Of a stretch of 64,000 bases of DNA, positions 13,581 to 26,300 are shown one piece after another. The stretch's first letter is position 1; every line of letters begins with the position of its first letter. The stretch is from Zancudomyces culisetae HAW-14-8 (Eukaryota; Fungi; Kickxellomycota), in NCBI GenBank assembly GCA_052426225.1, contig JBNJNM010000006.1, positions 1,550,001 to 1,614,000 of the forward strand. Reading direction: 5' to 3'. The position numbers and the translations under genes were made by a program. The notes beneath the pieces are model-generated. The model was not told where the DNA came from. It saw only the letters and a program-made list of their open reading frames with translations, and searched no databases.

Positions 13581-14449
13581 GCTCCAACATTGCTTGAATC
13601 TGTAAACCTCCCAAAACATACATAAATCCCCGTCAGATCATCAAGCTTGTGTGTTTCTACATCCAGCCTGTTCGACTCATAAATCCCATTCGACGTATGG
13701 ATCCGCATATAAAATTCGTACTTGTGGTGAACTATCAGTCCACTAATCTTGATTTTTCGCAGATTATCATCCACTTTTTGTCTGTTGAGTTTTTGGCTCG
13801 CTTCATTTATTTCTACCGCTTCCCCTGTCACTGCTGCTGCTGCTGTTGTTGTTTTTGTGGTAGCCTCACCCTCTGTACCCCTACTATCACTAAAAATCCC
13901 TTCTGAAGCTATTGTTACATTAAGCTTTTGGTTGTCACGTATGATTTCTGCCCCATAGTAATCACAGTTATTAAGTACAAGTGGATCAAATTCCAACACC
14001 ACCGACGTTTGTGTCACCGAGGATATTTTCAGCACTGGCGGTGATGGCTCGCGGAGTCCGTACTTGGTCTGTATAAACGATTGCAGGTCTGAAAACTCCT
14101 TCTTTTTTCGTACCTCAGTAACTTCATCTCGTTCTACCTGGATTTTTACAATACTGCCAGAAACCACTTGTTCTGGTAATAGAACGGATGGAAATTCAAT
14201 GACCTGGTTATCCTGTGTCAATAGTACGGCCTATTTCATTTACATACATATAATATAACTTTTAATACTCTCTCTTTGCTACTCTGTTTTCTTTATTAAA
14301 AAAAAAGTTTACCAATACTTGTACTGCTTTTACGCCGTAAAGAACAAGTAGTATTGTAAATTATTCATAAATCTTATTATTATCCATGTAATTACCATTC
14401 CGGCATCAATTTTGCCAACCGTGAATTCTATAGCGTCCTGATTATCCAT
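13217..14449 (-). CDS. CHS5: Chitin biosynthesis protein Chs5 (exomer core; FN3 + BRCT). Exons 14449-14396, 14230-13217
   Basis: Spliced N-terminus MDNQDAIEFTVGKIDAGM|AVLLTQDNQVIEFPSVLLP matches the Chs5 N-terminal motif. FN3 (VTQTSVVLEFDPL) and BRCT (VTHFVC...NIPVVKPEWL). GT-AG intron of 165 nt. Confidence 0.93.
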
Positions 14450-14950
14450 AATGCAAAACAACTATTTCAATAAACTAGTTTACAAGTTTTGTTTACGATT
14501 ATTAAGTCTTTCTTTTTTATTATTATTGAATTTGAATTTTTATAATGTAATAATATGCTTTTAAAGAACACGTTTATATTTTCTTTAATTATATTTACAT
14601 TTTACATTTTTAGTTTTAGTTTTAGTTTTAGTTTTGTTACTTTATGTTTGTTGCTTTCAATGTAATTGTTTTCCTCTCCTTCCGCTCGCCTCCCTTCCCC
14701 CACCCGCCCCCCTGCAAAATTATTAATGATTGAACAAATGGAAATAAAAACGTTACAAGTGGCAAGTGGGCTAGTTTCATTTGCGACTCATTCTTTTTTA
14801 TTTTATTTTGAATTTGGAAAACTTGACATAATTTTAAAGGGAAAATACGGAAATGAATTGTCCATTTTGCTATACAATACTTACAATAGCGGAATAAAAA
14901 AGTCAATGGAAAAAAAAAGAGTGGGGGTGAAGAGGAGAATAGAGAGGGAG

Positions 14951-15014
14951 GATAGTAAGGGGGGATAGTAAGGGGGGATAGTAAGGGGGGATAGTAAGGG
15001 GGGATAGTAAGGGG
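14951..15014 (+). repeat. 13-bp G-rich tandem repeat (GATAGTAAGGGGG) x ~5; putative G-quadruplex motif
   Basis: Four G6 tracts plus one G4 tract, separated by identical 7-nt ATAGTAA spacers. Confidence 0.9.
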
Positions 15015-15650
15015 AGAGGTGAGGTGAGAAGGAAGAAGAACAAGAGGAGGGTCTACTACAGTTATGAAAAGATATACAAATATATCTAGTCCCTCTTTAT
15101 TACCACCCCGTTCTCATTACACCAAAGTGTCGAGTATTCTACTATGGACTTTGTGTGATTAGTTTGTGCTACATACGTCTGAGGCACATATACTACCACC
15201 AAGTACAAACCTTGAATTTATGAGTGTTTTTATTGTTTTTTGTGCTTTTGTATTTTTAGCAATACTAGATTAAAACTATTTACGAGGCAGAATATTTGTT
15301 ATCAATAAAACGCACTTGAATTTGTTGATAAATTCAACTAGCAAAACAGAAAAAAAAATTTTGTAACAAAATACCGGTAGTTTGGTGGGGGGGATGATAG
15401 GAGTGGGGAGGAGGGTGGTAAAAGAAAACTGATTTTGAAATTTGTACCAAGTAACCATTCTGGAGGAGGGGAGGGGGAGTTTTTCAATCTCATTTTTATT
15501 TTTTTGTCTTTATTTTTTATTTTTATGTTAGATTTTATTAAAAGGGAATAATAAAAATATAATTTGAAATCCTAGTACTCTTTTTTTTTTCTGACTATAA
15601 AACCTTTAGTGTTTTACTCGCAATTCCAAAAAGTAATAATAATAATAATA

Positions 15651-16396
15651 ATGTTTTCGAAAAGATCACTACGAGTCTTGAGCCAGGGGTTTTCTAGAGT
15701 TTACAGCACCAAAGGAGCTGTTGCCGAAACCGCAAAGGTCGCAAGTACCGGAATCAAACCAGTCTACTCTAGCCAATACTCCGAACTCAACGAAGCCGAA
15801 CACGATGTGATTAACGGAATTCCAGGTATGTCCAATAACAATTTGTACATATACATGCATATATATGCATATATATGTATGTGTTTATCCTCTGATAACT
15901 AATCAAGGAACACAACATAAAATGCAAATTTAGCCTAGTTTATTTTTTTGAATTTATAAAATCTGGATTTAGAATCCGAGTTATTTTTTTTCCTTCAATC
16001 TAGAAATACTATTATCCGCCAAATTCCATATTTCATAAATCAAACTATGCACTCTCAATAGAAAAGGCAATCAAAAACTCCGTATATATTTACCAGCCAT
16101 GCTACAACACAATGCAAAGCGGCAAAAACAACACCAAATATTGGACCATCGATTTTTCCACTCTAGCAAAGGGTCACCGTTGGGAGAATCAGTTGATTGG
16201 ATGGCAAGGTACCAGCGATAATATGCAGGCTGTAAAATTAAGATTCTTTACTCTGCAACAGGCTATCGACTATGCGACCAGACACGGTTTAGAATATAGC
16301 GTTAAACAACCAACTTCACCCAAATTCAAAGTAAAAACTTACAAGCAGAACTTTGTATACAATCCAGACAAGCTCCGAATGATCTACACCAAATAA
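15651..16396 (+). CDS. NDUFS4: NADH:ubiquinone oxidoreductase 18-21 kDa accessory subunit (NDUFS4 family). Exons 15651-15825, 16062-16396
   Basis: Mitochondrial presequence MFSKRSLRVLSQGFSR. Spliced VYIYQP...MQSGKNNTKYWTIDF...RWENQLIGWQGTSD...KTYKQNF. The phase-1 intron joins in frame. Confidence 0.93.
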
Positions 16397-16762
16397 GCAG
16401 CTGATTCTATTCTATATTTACATGGATTTAACTTTATCACATTGGAAAGGATATTTAGTTTTTAATTAGCCTCCATTCCATGTCAACGTTCCATACATTT
16501 ATCTTCCCCTCTTTTTTTTTTACTTTACATTCCATAACCCGGTTAAACTTAAATGTATTGAAACTTTCATAAACATACAAAAGCATCCTTCTTCAGCTTG
16601 CAATATCATGAAAATAAACAAAGAAAACGGAAGCCTAAGACTGGTGTTGTCAACTCGTTTATCCCACCTATATCCGCATTTATTTCAATTTGGAAAAAAC
16701 ATCCTATATATCAGAAATGAGAAAATGGTGGAAAACTAAAGTTATTGAGTGACAAAAATGAG

Positions 16763-17609
16763 TTATTTGGATTTTTTAGAAGCCTCATCAGCCAACCTCT
16801 TTTGTTTGGCCAAAGCTCTTCTCTTGATATCAGTATGAGTTCTGTAAGAATAACTGATCCAGAACCTTCTGTTAAGAATATTTTCAATGGCAAAGTTGGC
16901 TATGGCATGTCCGACGTGAGGAACACTGACAAATGGTTGGACTGAACCACAGTGACTTCCGAGTCTGTAAAGAACCTGTTTAGCGTATTGTTCTGGTGTT
17001 GGGGTGAAGAAGTTGCTCTTTCTGACCTTTGACAACTTGGAGCAGACAAAGTATGTGTTTAGATAAATAACAGACACATTAAATGGCTCCAATTCGGCAC
17101 CAATAGCCTGACTGTATGCCTGGACAAACGATTTGGATCCACTGTAGAATGCCAAAAATGGTGAAGGTACCAAAGCACTGAATGAACCTGTGTTGACGAT
17201 CAATCCGTTCTTCTGAGCCTTAAATTTCTCGGCGACGAGTCTGGACATTTTGGTGAGAGCGTTTACATTGACCTCCAAAATTTGTCGGTTACGTTCATCA
17301 TCTTCGATTTCGAACTCCTTGGGGTACTCGTGGCTTACTCCTGCGTTGTTGAACAACATGGTAACATTCAATGGCTGGATTTCTCTTTTGACCCTTTCGT
17401 AATCTTCCTTGGTTGCGTTTGCAAAGTCGACTCTGATGGTCTTTACTTGGACCTTGCTTTCATTCTTAATTTCTTTTGCCACGGCATCCAATTTATCTTG
17501 TGATCTGGATATCAAGACCAAATTCACTTTGTTTCTTGCCAATTCCTCTGCAAAACCTTTACCAATTCCGTCTGTAGATCCAGTGACAACTATTTATTTT
17601 AATTATAAA

Positions 17610-17643
<34 letters not shown>

Positions 17644-18096
17644 ATGTTTGTGTCAAGGATACACGGTTGTTGTATTTTTTTTAAATAAAAAAACAGGTCT
17701 ATTCATACTACAAAAAAAGGCTACTTACTTGCCCAGGCTCCTTTTCCTGCACCTAAGGCTGAAAGCTATAAAGAAATTTCGCAAAGTTAAATTAATTCGT
17801 GATTCTTTCAGCTGATCTTTCTCCCCACCAATAACCATCTGTAATACGTCTTTAAGGATGTTAATTACTATTTTGGATTTTATTTCTTTACCTTTTTGCT
17901 TGGACTTATAAACAAGTCCACAAACATGAAAAATACTCTGAAAATATAGTAGGAGGATACGAAAATTCCTACCGCCAGGAAGAAATTTGTGAATCCCTCT
18001 GATCTAGTGATTGTAGTAATCGAATGTTCTAGTGTCGTTTTAGAGACCTTATAGGCTGTAATTTTTTACTTACTCAAGAAAGGCTAGTCTGAACAT
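16763..18096 (-). CDS. IFA38: Very-long-chain 3-oxoacyl-CoA reductase (SDR; Ifa38/HSD17B12 family). Exons 18096-18074, 18003-17892, 17765-17729, 17589-16763
   Basis: N-terminal TM segment, spliced GAWAIVTGSTDGIGKGFA, NNAG, and catalytic YSGSK. All three GT-AG introns keep the frame. Confidence 0.9.
17609..17643. repeat. (TTG)n microsatellite inside intron 3 of the ketoacyl reductase gene
   Basis: Read directly; source of the spurious poly-C and poly-L ORFs. Confidence 0.9.
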
Positions 18097-18144
18097 TTGT
18101 GCTTGTTTGGTTGTAAACTCCTGAAAGTAAAGTTAAAAGATTAA

Positions 18145-18176
18145 CGATATCCGATATTCGATATTCGATATTCGAT
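18145..18176. repeat. (CGATATT)~4 tandem repeat about 50 nt upstream of the IFA38 start codon
   Basis: Read directly from the sequence. Confidence 0.8.
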
Positions 18177-19709
18177 TTAAAGGCTTTTAACCACTTTTTC
18201 TTTTTTGTTTTCTTTTGGACTATACGAATAAATGGGATCTTACAAATACATAGATTTGCACAATTGTTGCTGGTTGAAGTGTATGGACCAATTTAAAATC
18301 AACACAAAAATTTTTTTCGAATGGAAATGTTTCATGCAGCTACTGTACATAATCCTGCCCAACAAAGCGCAGACAAATTGGATCTGTGATTAACCAAATT
18401 TCTGGAAGGAGATACGCTTTAACAAATAAGCGGTTTACATTAGTGGGATGGTTCAAGGAAAAGTCCCCAATCTTGCAGGTAAAAAAAAAGCGAATGTGGG
18501 TAAAAATGTTCGTTTTGGATTTTGCAGGAATTTATGTACTTTCAATGTTGATGTTACCAAAACCATCCAACTACCAAAGCCAATACATTTTCACACTTTC
18601 TTCACGTTTAGGATTGGTTGGGTGATAGATTAAAAACCAGAATAGTCCGTATCCAATATATTATTTTGGTGGTTTACATAGGATAAGTCATCCATCCTGT
18701 TTTTCGTGTTTATTGTCAAGAAAAGATAACAACTGGTTGACCAACGTACTCACGAAAAAGAAAGCAGTCAGATAAAACAAGCCAATTCGATCACACTGCT
18801 AACAACACGTTCTCGTAGCAATTAAACATCCTTTCTTTGATCCTCAGATATTTATTGGAGTTGGGCAACCCGTGAAAAAGAGAGCCTCACTCTTTTATGT
18901 TATCTTCAAGTATTATACGTACAGAGTACATCAATAGAGAGCTAAATAGTCAAAGTAGACACGAGGGTAGAGTGATTCTGTAGTATTTAGTTAATAAGTT
19001 CATCCAACAAAAAAAAAGGGATAAGATTAAATGAATTCTCTTGAGATTTGAGTATCTGTTCCATAGTTCCTGGAGCAGTATTATTGTACAACTAAAAAGC
19101 TATGTACATCGTTCAGTAATATCATTATAACCATTCCAGGATCTTGACTTTTGCTACACAGTTCAAAAAGTTATAAAAGTAAAAATAAAAGTGAAACTAA
19201 TCGGCATTTTGTATAAAAAGGGTTTTATACCATTATTTATATCAATCTTTGAAAAGAAGAGGAGAAAAAAGGAAAAGGAAAAGAAGATCTCTGCTAAACA
19301 TAAAAAGCAAATAAAGGAACCTGTGATTCTTACCATTTTAGCAAGTATGGGATGATAACACGGTGGTCAGAAATGTTTGTTACTCTACATCTCTCTAATA
19401 TCTCTACTTTTATAATTCCTGATCCAGATATTTGGGTGCCACTACCAAATTGAGCTATTATGTGTGTGCATATATGTACACATTGGAGGAATTATTATTT
19501 CACATACTTTGAACCCAATACACGATGTCCAATTGTACTGAAAAAGTTCAAGGTATTAATTTTCGAATTTTATAGGTAAAAGCGCACCACTTAAATCTCA
19601 GAAACTAACCAAAATGAAAAAAAAGGTAAAAAACTAATTGGCACACGGCAAAATAACAGCTCGTTTTACACCAAATATAACATACAACACAAATGAACTC
19701 GCTTTAAGG

Positions 19710-20782
19710 ATGCCTGCACAAATTTACGGGATAGTGAACGAACGAGAGAACCAGGCACGAAGCCTAGTAGCTGAACTATACGAATTTGCAGGAACTGAGG
19801 ATGAAAAAAGGGATTTGTCAGGTGATTGTCGGGAGCAGATTAGTGCATTTGAAGAAGCCATCGAGGTAACTTGTATACCCAGGGATAGGAAAAGCTTAAT
19901 GCTATACTCTTTCATTTTTGTCTAGCATTATACTCTAATTTTTTTGTGGGTAATGGATTGTTTTAATATAGAATTTAGAGTGGGATCTGGAGAACAAGCT
20001 AGACAAATCGAGCAATGAATACGAATTTATTGAAGAAAAAAAACGAGCATTGAAAAGGTAATATGGTACAAAATACATTTTAGTATACAAGTTTTATATC
20101 GTTTTTATGCTTTATTAACAGTACTGTGTGGATTTTACAATCTAGCTTGCGCAGAGAATATAAGGAGGCACAGTTACAGATAAAAGTGAACAAATTCAGA
20201 CAAAATCAACGTGAGCGAGAAATGTTGCTGTCAGGTGCAATTACACCAAGTGAACTAAGAAAAAGAAAGGCTAGGTAAGATTTTTTTCGAGGTTTTTCTT
20301 TTTTACAATGCTTAGCAGACGAAAAGAAGGCGGAATAAATCAAACCACATGGTAAAAGATAATATGATAAAATCAATTATAGAACCGACAATGGAGTAGT
20401 GGATGCGGCACAGGAAGCGACTCAAGCACTGCTAGAGACTACACAACTAATGAGTCAATCGATAGATAACAGCGTCACCAACCTCAACATGTTGTCTGAG
20501 TCCTCGCATCTGCTAGGATTGGGACAAAAACAGCATCAAAACATTGAATTTCTTCTCAAGAATGCCAAGGACTTGTTGACAGAGCTGGAAAATATGGATA
20601 GAAAGGACAGACTAGTAATAATATTTGCGTTTGGTTTTTTTTGCCTCACTGTTTTCACGATATTTCTGCGAAGGGTATATATTCCCGGAGTCACAGAGCT
20701 GTATAACTTTATCAAGTATTGTATGTATAATTCCTTATTTTGGGTTTTGGACAAAGTCAATGTTTTCAAACTATTGAAGTAG
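19710..20782 (+). CDS. SEC20: ER SNARE Sec20/BNIP1 family. Exons 19710-19865, 19972-20057, 20146-20274, 20383-20782
   Basis: In-frame splicing gives ...EREMLLSG...ATQALLETTQLMSQSID... followed by DRKDRLVIIFAFGFFCLTVFTIFLRR, the typical Sec20 SNARE + TM end. Confidence 0.88.
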
Positions 20783-23389
20783 TTCTACTAGCTTTTGCTA
20801 TTCCTTAAACCTTTGGATGGAAAAATAAAATAAAGAGATAAAAAATAAAAAAACTTGTGAATGAAGCTTAGTAATTGTCAGACATCGTTGTGTTGAAGCC
20901 AGTGTATTTCCCACATTTTTAGTTGTGAAACCAAGCCTAAGCTGTCACAACTTCCTCATATCAACCATCTAGCTCAACTACATCTATATTACAAATCAGA
21001 CCCATTTAACCCAGTACAAAGTTCCCAATCTAATTAATGCATGACTGTACAATGTTGCGAACTGCTTATGTTGTTATCAACCAACTTTAGTAGCAATGTA
21101 GAAGGGAACTTTTGTTTTCTGGAAAGTATATACGAAAATGCTCAAACTTCCGTTTGTCAAAAGTTGCCGAAATATCTAGGGTTATTGAAATTTGTATATG
21201 TGTTGGTTTGTAGAAAGTGGAAGGTAAAATGGGTGTAGTGGAAACTACAGTTCTAAAAACAAAGAAAAAATGTGCCTTGTTGATGAAATAGGTGTAGCTG
21301 ACCCCCTTCTGTATTGCCATATATGCTGACGTGTTTGCATATTTTTAGTTTCAAAAACCCAAAGCGAGGGGGAGGGGGAGGTAGAAAGTGGAAAGTTCTA
21401 GTGTGTTGATGTATTCCCCCTATTTTTTGGCACTCGATGAGTATTTTCATTCATCTACATATCCACCACCTGCCAGTTTCTTGTTGGTTCACGTTTTTTA
21501 TTTTGTTGGGGAGGAAGAAAGAGGATGAGTAGGTTTCATTATATAAGAAAGCCTAATTGTCTATTGCTTTTTATTGAGCTAGATTTCCAGCTTGATACTG
21601 GGTGAATTAATGTTAATCCTAGTAAACCTTGTCCAATTGCAACGAGTGGCCAGGCCAGAGCTGGTTATAAAACGTATTATATATATTAGCAATTATTTGC
21701 TAACGAGTAAACATAAACATAGAGGGTTTATGTAAATTAGAGTTATTGTGTACTTGATTAAATTTTACTCTTCTTGATAACAAGCATTTTAATTGACGAT
21801 CCTTAATTAGTATTACTTGGGACTAAAATGTTGTAAAAAAAATCTATGGAAAAACTTTAAATTGCACAGAAATTACAAAATAGAAAAAATTTTAAATTTT
21901 GTTTAGGACAAAGAACTGATTTTGGCTGAACTAATATGTTTTCACACTTTAGAGACTAATATGTCTAAAATAAGAAATTGTCGCATATTGGCCTAAAGGT
22001 TCATTTGTGGGCGAAAAGTTTTGTTTATACAAAGTATATTGAAAAAAAGAAAAACAAACATTGAATCACAATTACAAAGCTTAGTAGAAAAGGGCCATCC
22101 ATTTGGAATATTTTGATTCTTTGTAAAGGTGTTGATTTGGCTTAGGGGATTTGTCACTTCATGAATGTGCGACGCTACCGATTAACCTGCATTCATACTG
22201 AAGAGGGATACAAAATGACCATGTGTCATTGATACAACTGTGACCTTCGATGTCGATTTGGTATGTTTATTTATGCTAGTAATTGCACCCTTTATTGTTA
22301 GTGTAGTAAAAATAGAAACCGGGGAGGATCTTAAAAACCAAGTTCGATAATAAAATATTTGATTTATCAAAAGAAGCCAATGGTATTACATAAAGAAAAC
22401 AACTGGCGTCTGGCATTGCCATTTTGTTTTGATCAATAAAGCCAAAAAAGTAAAAACAGCAAGCTAACATTTCTTGTATTATATATAGAAACGCTAGAAT
22501 TACATAATAGATTTTATACCAAACAGGCTAATACACAAATTCGTCCAATTACCTCCAAGTCGTGAAACTGACCACAAGTGACAAGGTTTAAACGAACAGA
22601 AAAGCGAATAAAGCGGTTTGATGCTATAGCGAATTTCAAATCGGCGTTACAACGAGCTACGAACTTGAAAGAGCAAAATAAAAGCGATTTTTGGAGGTAC
22701 AACCTACAAAGTGTATAAAAAAGGCTCTATTTGCAAAAATGGAAAAAAGTTTTATCGCAAAAAAGTTGGTTTGTCGGAGCATAAGTACTAATATACCACA
22801 TGCAAAAAACATTTGCATCTTAGCAAACATTCTAGATACAAGAGAAAAAACCCAAGATATCAATTATTTACAACTACTCACCTGTATTAAATAAGGCATA
22901 CTTTGCTATTGAGGGGCACATACTGTTTCGAAAATAACAAAAAAAAACTGTGAGAGAACTTTGAACAATTACGATTTATACCCTTTGAAGCCAAGTAAAC
23001 CTGCTTTTATAATAATATTGTCAGCAGCATCAGAGATAATCCGTGCAAACACGAGCATCGCTAGAATAAAATATCAAAAAAAAAACACAAACAGATATAT
23101 AAACACATACACATACACATACACATACATACAAATATACGGATATACAGATACACACACACATATATATATACACTAACATTAGCACTAGCACTAGCAC
23201 TAACATTCTGTGTATATAAACACAAAAATAAACACAAATATATACAAATACCCTGCTAAGGCGTGTGAACAAAATAAAAGCAAAAAAAGTTTACCACCAA
23301 TATAAACTAGCATATACCCCAAGAAGACAGCGACAGTCTTACAACAACCATATTGCTTGTTACAATACTACTGCTAATAAATAGCTATC

Positions 23390-26300
23390 ATGAACAACCT
23401 GAAAAAGATTTTTAACTTTAAAAAGGGAAAAAAAGAAGGAAAGAGGAATGCAAAGCCACAAAAAACACAAATAGTTGAAGTCCCATCCTGGGAAAGAGAT
23501 GGATATATCACTGAGAATGAGTATGTGATTATGCCATACAAGGTAGATATGTTTGATGACGAAAAGATATCTATTGCAAGCAAAGGGCTATACAAATGGG
23601 AAAGTATAACATTGGTAGATGGTAACGAAAGTAGTGCTTGGGAGACGCTCGGTAGATATGTGGACTCTGGTTATAAAAAGCTAGGGTTGGTACACGACAA
23701 AAAAACCAGGAAGTCCTTTTTTCAGAATAACAAACGAGAAAATTCTCATGAAGGGCAACCTAGCGATAATTCTCAAAGCGATGACACCCAGTGTTCAACG
23801 AGTAGGGGAGGTGTCTCAAAACGGCTTTTGGTGGACGTAGAGCAGGGCTTGCAGTACAATGATAGATTTGTGCAAGACCAACCAAAAGACAAGTCATGCT
23901 CAAGATCGGGATCAAAAGTTAAGGCAAAAAAAAGTTATAAAAAAGAATTTAAAAAGTCAATGAGTGGCAGTAAAAGCAAGCGGCTATACTCTCTCAGGAT
24001 AAATAGGTCAGCAAAAGCGGGAAAAATGGAAGTTGAAGAACTAGAAAAACTTGTTCGCGAAAGACTGGACTCATTGCTCGTAATTGACACTAGGAACATC
24101 CAACAGTATACCAAAAGTCATGTTTTAAACGCTATTAGTTTAGAACAGCTAAAAGCTTGTGATAGAGGCGCAAGGAAAATTCTGGGCCAGACGGTAAGGA
24201 AAGGGATTTCGCAGCTTATAGAAGAGTATATCAACGCAGTGGGAGGTCTAGTGGAAAAAATAGTGATTTATGATGATGACAACTCTGGGAGTGCATGGAA
24301 GGCTGCAGCAATATGCAGAGATCAGTTGAGAGGTTTTACAATATATACATTAGAGGGAGGATACAAAAAGTTCTACGAGAACGCAAAATCTCTTTGCTAC
24401 GTGTTGAAAGTCAATGAGACAGAGGCAGGGATAACAATTCCAAGCTGGCTGGAGGAGAGAAGCAAAGAGAAAATAGGCGACATGGGAGTGGCTGCAACTT
24501 ATTTTGATAAACTAACTATTTCAGAACGAGCCAGAATAGTTAAAATAAGAGAAGGCACTGACAAGGATGATTGCTCATATAGCTTCAACAGTGGATATAT
24601 GAGAATTGGGCAAAATAGATATCCAAATGTTCTACCATATGACAGTTCTAGAGTTAAACTGCACGTGTCCAGCACAAACAAAGAGAGCAATGATTATATT
24701 AACGCGAATTTTGTGGGCATGGAAGATGGACCTCAATATATACTGACGCAGGGGCCACTACAAAGTACAACACCTGATTTCTGGCAGATGATATGGGAAC
24801 AAAATGTAAATGTAATAGTAATGTTGGGCGAGTTGACTGAGAACGGTGTGGAGAAATGCTATGCATATTGGCCTGCAGCCGTAGGTGTGTGGCATCGATT
24901 TAGAACTCGAGACTCAGATTGTGTTATATCCGTCAGGATGGAAGCAGCAGCTGATGACTGCAACTGCAAAGAAATAGTTACAAGAATGTTTAGAATCAGA
25001 GCCAGCATCAACGGCCGCGTTACGGGTAAGGCACGGGTGGTTACTCAGATACAATATCTGGCTTGGAAAGATAACTCTACTCCCGACACTCCAAGAGGTT
25101 TAATTCGCACCATTAGTTTAGCAAACATGGCAAGTACCAGCTACCAGGACCAAGGCGTGGTTTCGGCTGAAAATGACTCGAAAACACACCCAATTGTTGT
25201 TCACTGCTCAGCAGGTTGCGGGAGGTCAGGCGTCTTTGCAGCAGTTGATACCGCGCTTTTACTCAAAAAGGATGAAACGCCTGTCGTTCAAGGCAATTAT
25301 GATCCACTGTTTTCCATAGTCAGTACGTTTAGAAAACAGAGAATGGGCGTTGTACAGTCCCTGGACCAGTTTTTGTTTTGCTACAAAGCCATTTTATACA
25401 ATTTAAAGAGTACTGATGACCTAAAATACCCCCAACTAGATATACTCAATCTTTCTACTGAGCAGAAAAAGATGGTCACTCAATGGAATCGGCTAAGAAG
25501 CAACGTATTTCCGCCAGATTCCAACAATTTGGTTTGGATAATGGTAGGCCTACTGGAGATAGCCATGGAGTTGAAAATCCTCCAGCTCAACCATCACGCT
25601 GTTAACAACACTTCACGCCGGCAGGGTATTGCCACTGTTTCCAACAGTACGACTGCATCAGCCCGCACTGATGTAAATATACGCGACTTCCTTTCTATGT
25701 CCATGGACAGCTATCTGAAATACTTCTTTTCACATAAATCATCTCAAGCCTCAAAAAAAGAAGACTCTACTATTGCTCAACGCTTAATTCATGATAACGA
25801 AACTAAATATAACCTAGATCATATAACTCTTTTGGATCCTCCAGCGTTCAAGCTAAATGGTAAATCCAAACAAAAACTAATATCAAACCCCGGTTCTGCT
25901 GGATCAACTAGCTTGAACTCTTCTGGCAGTCGTGTTGGGAAATATTTCCCCAGTTCTAAGGCACTTATTCAGCCTTTCCCGTCCACCAATAACAGTATTA
26001 AGATAGCAATCCTTGATAATAGCGCACTCGAAGCTACCAAAAATACCACCCTTGAACTTGACGACAAAAATCCTGTTGGTGGACTAAAAACACACCTTCT
26101 TGGTGCCAAAGCCGGCAACAACATGGAAAACATTACCTCTCCATCCCAGCGCATGAATTTTAAAAATCCCTCAGCATCAGCCTCCCCCAAATCTAAAAAA
26201 GCGCCAGCGGGGCTGAGCATAATAGTGGGCAGCCAAAAAATAGGCGTTGATAACTACCAAACCAACCCTGATCTGATTTCATCTTCAGTCAAACAAAGCT

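Noticed and set aside
18450-18470. GGAAAAGTCCCC resembling the RNase MRP P4 5' strand
   Set aside because: No matching downstream GGGGCT partner at a plausible distance.
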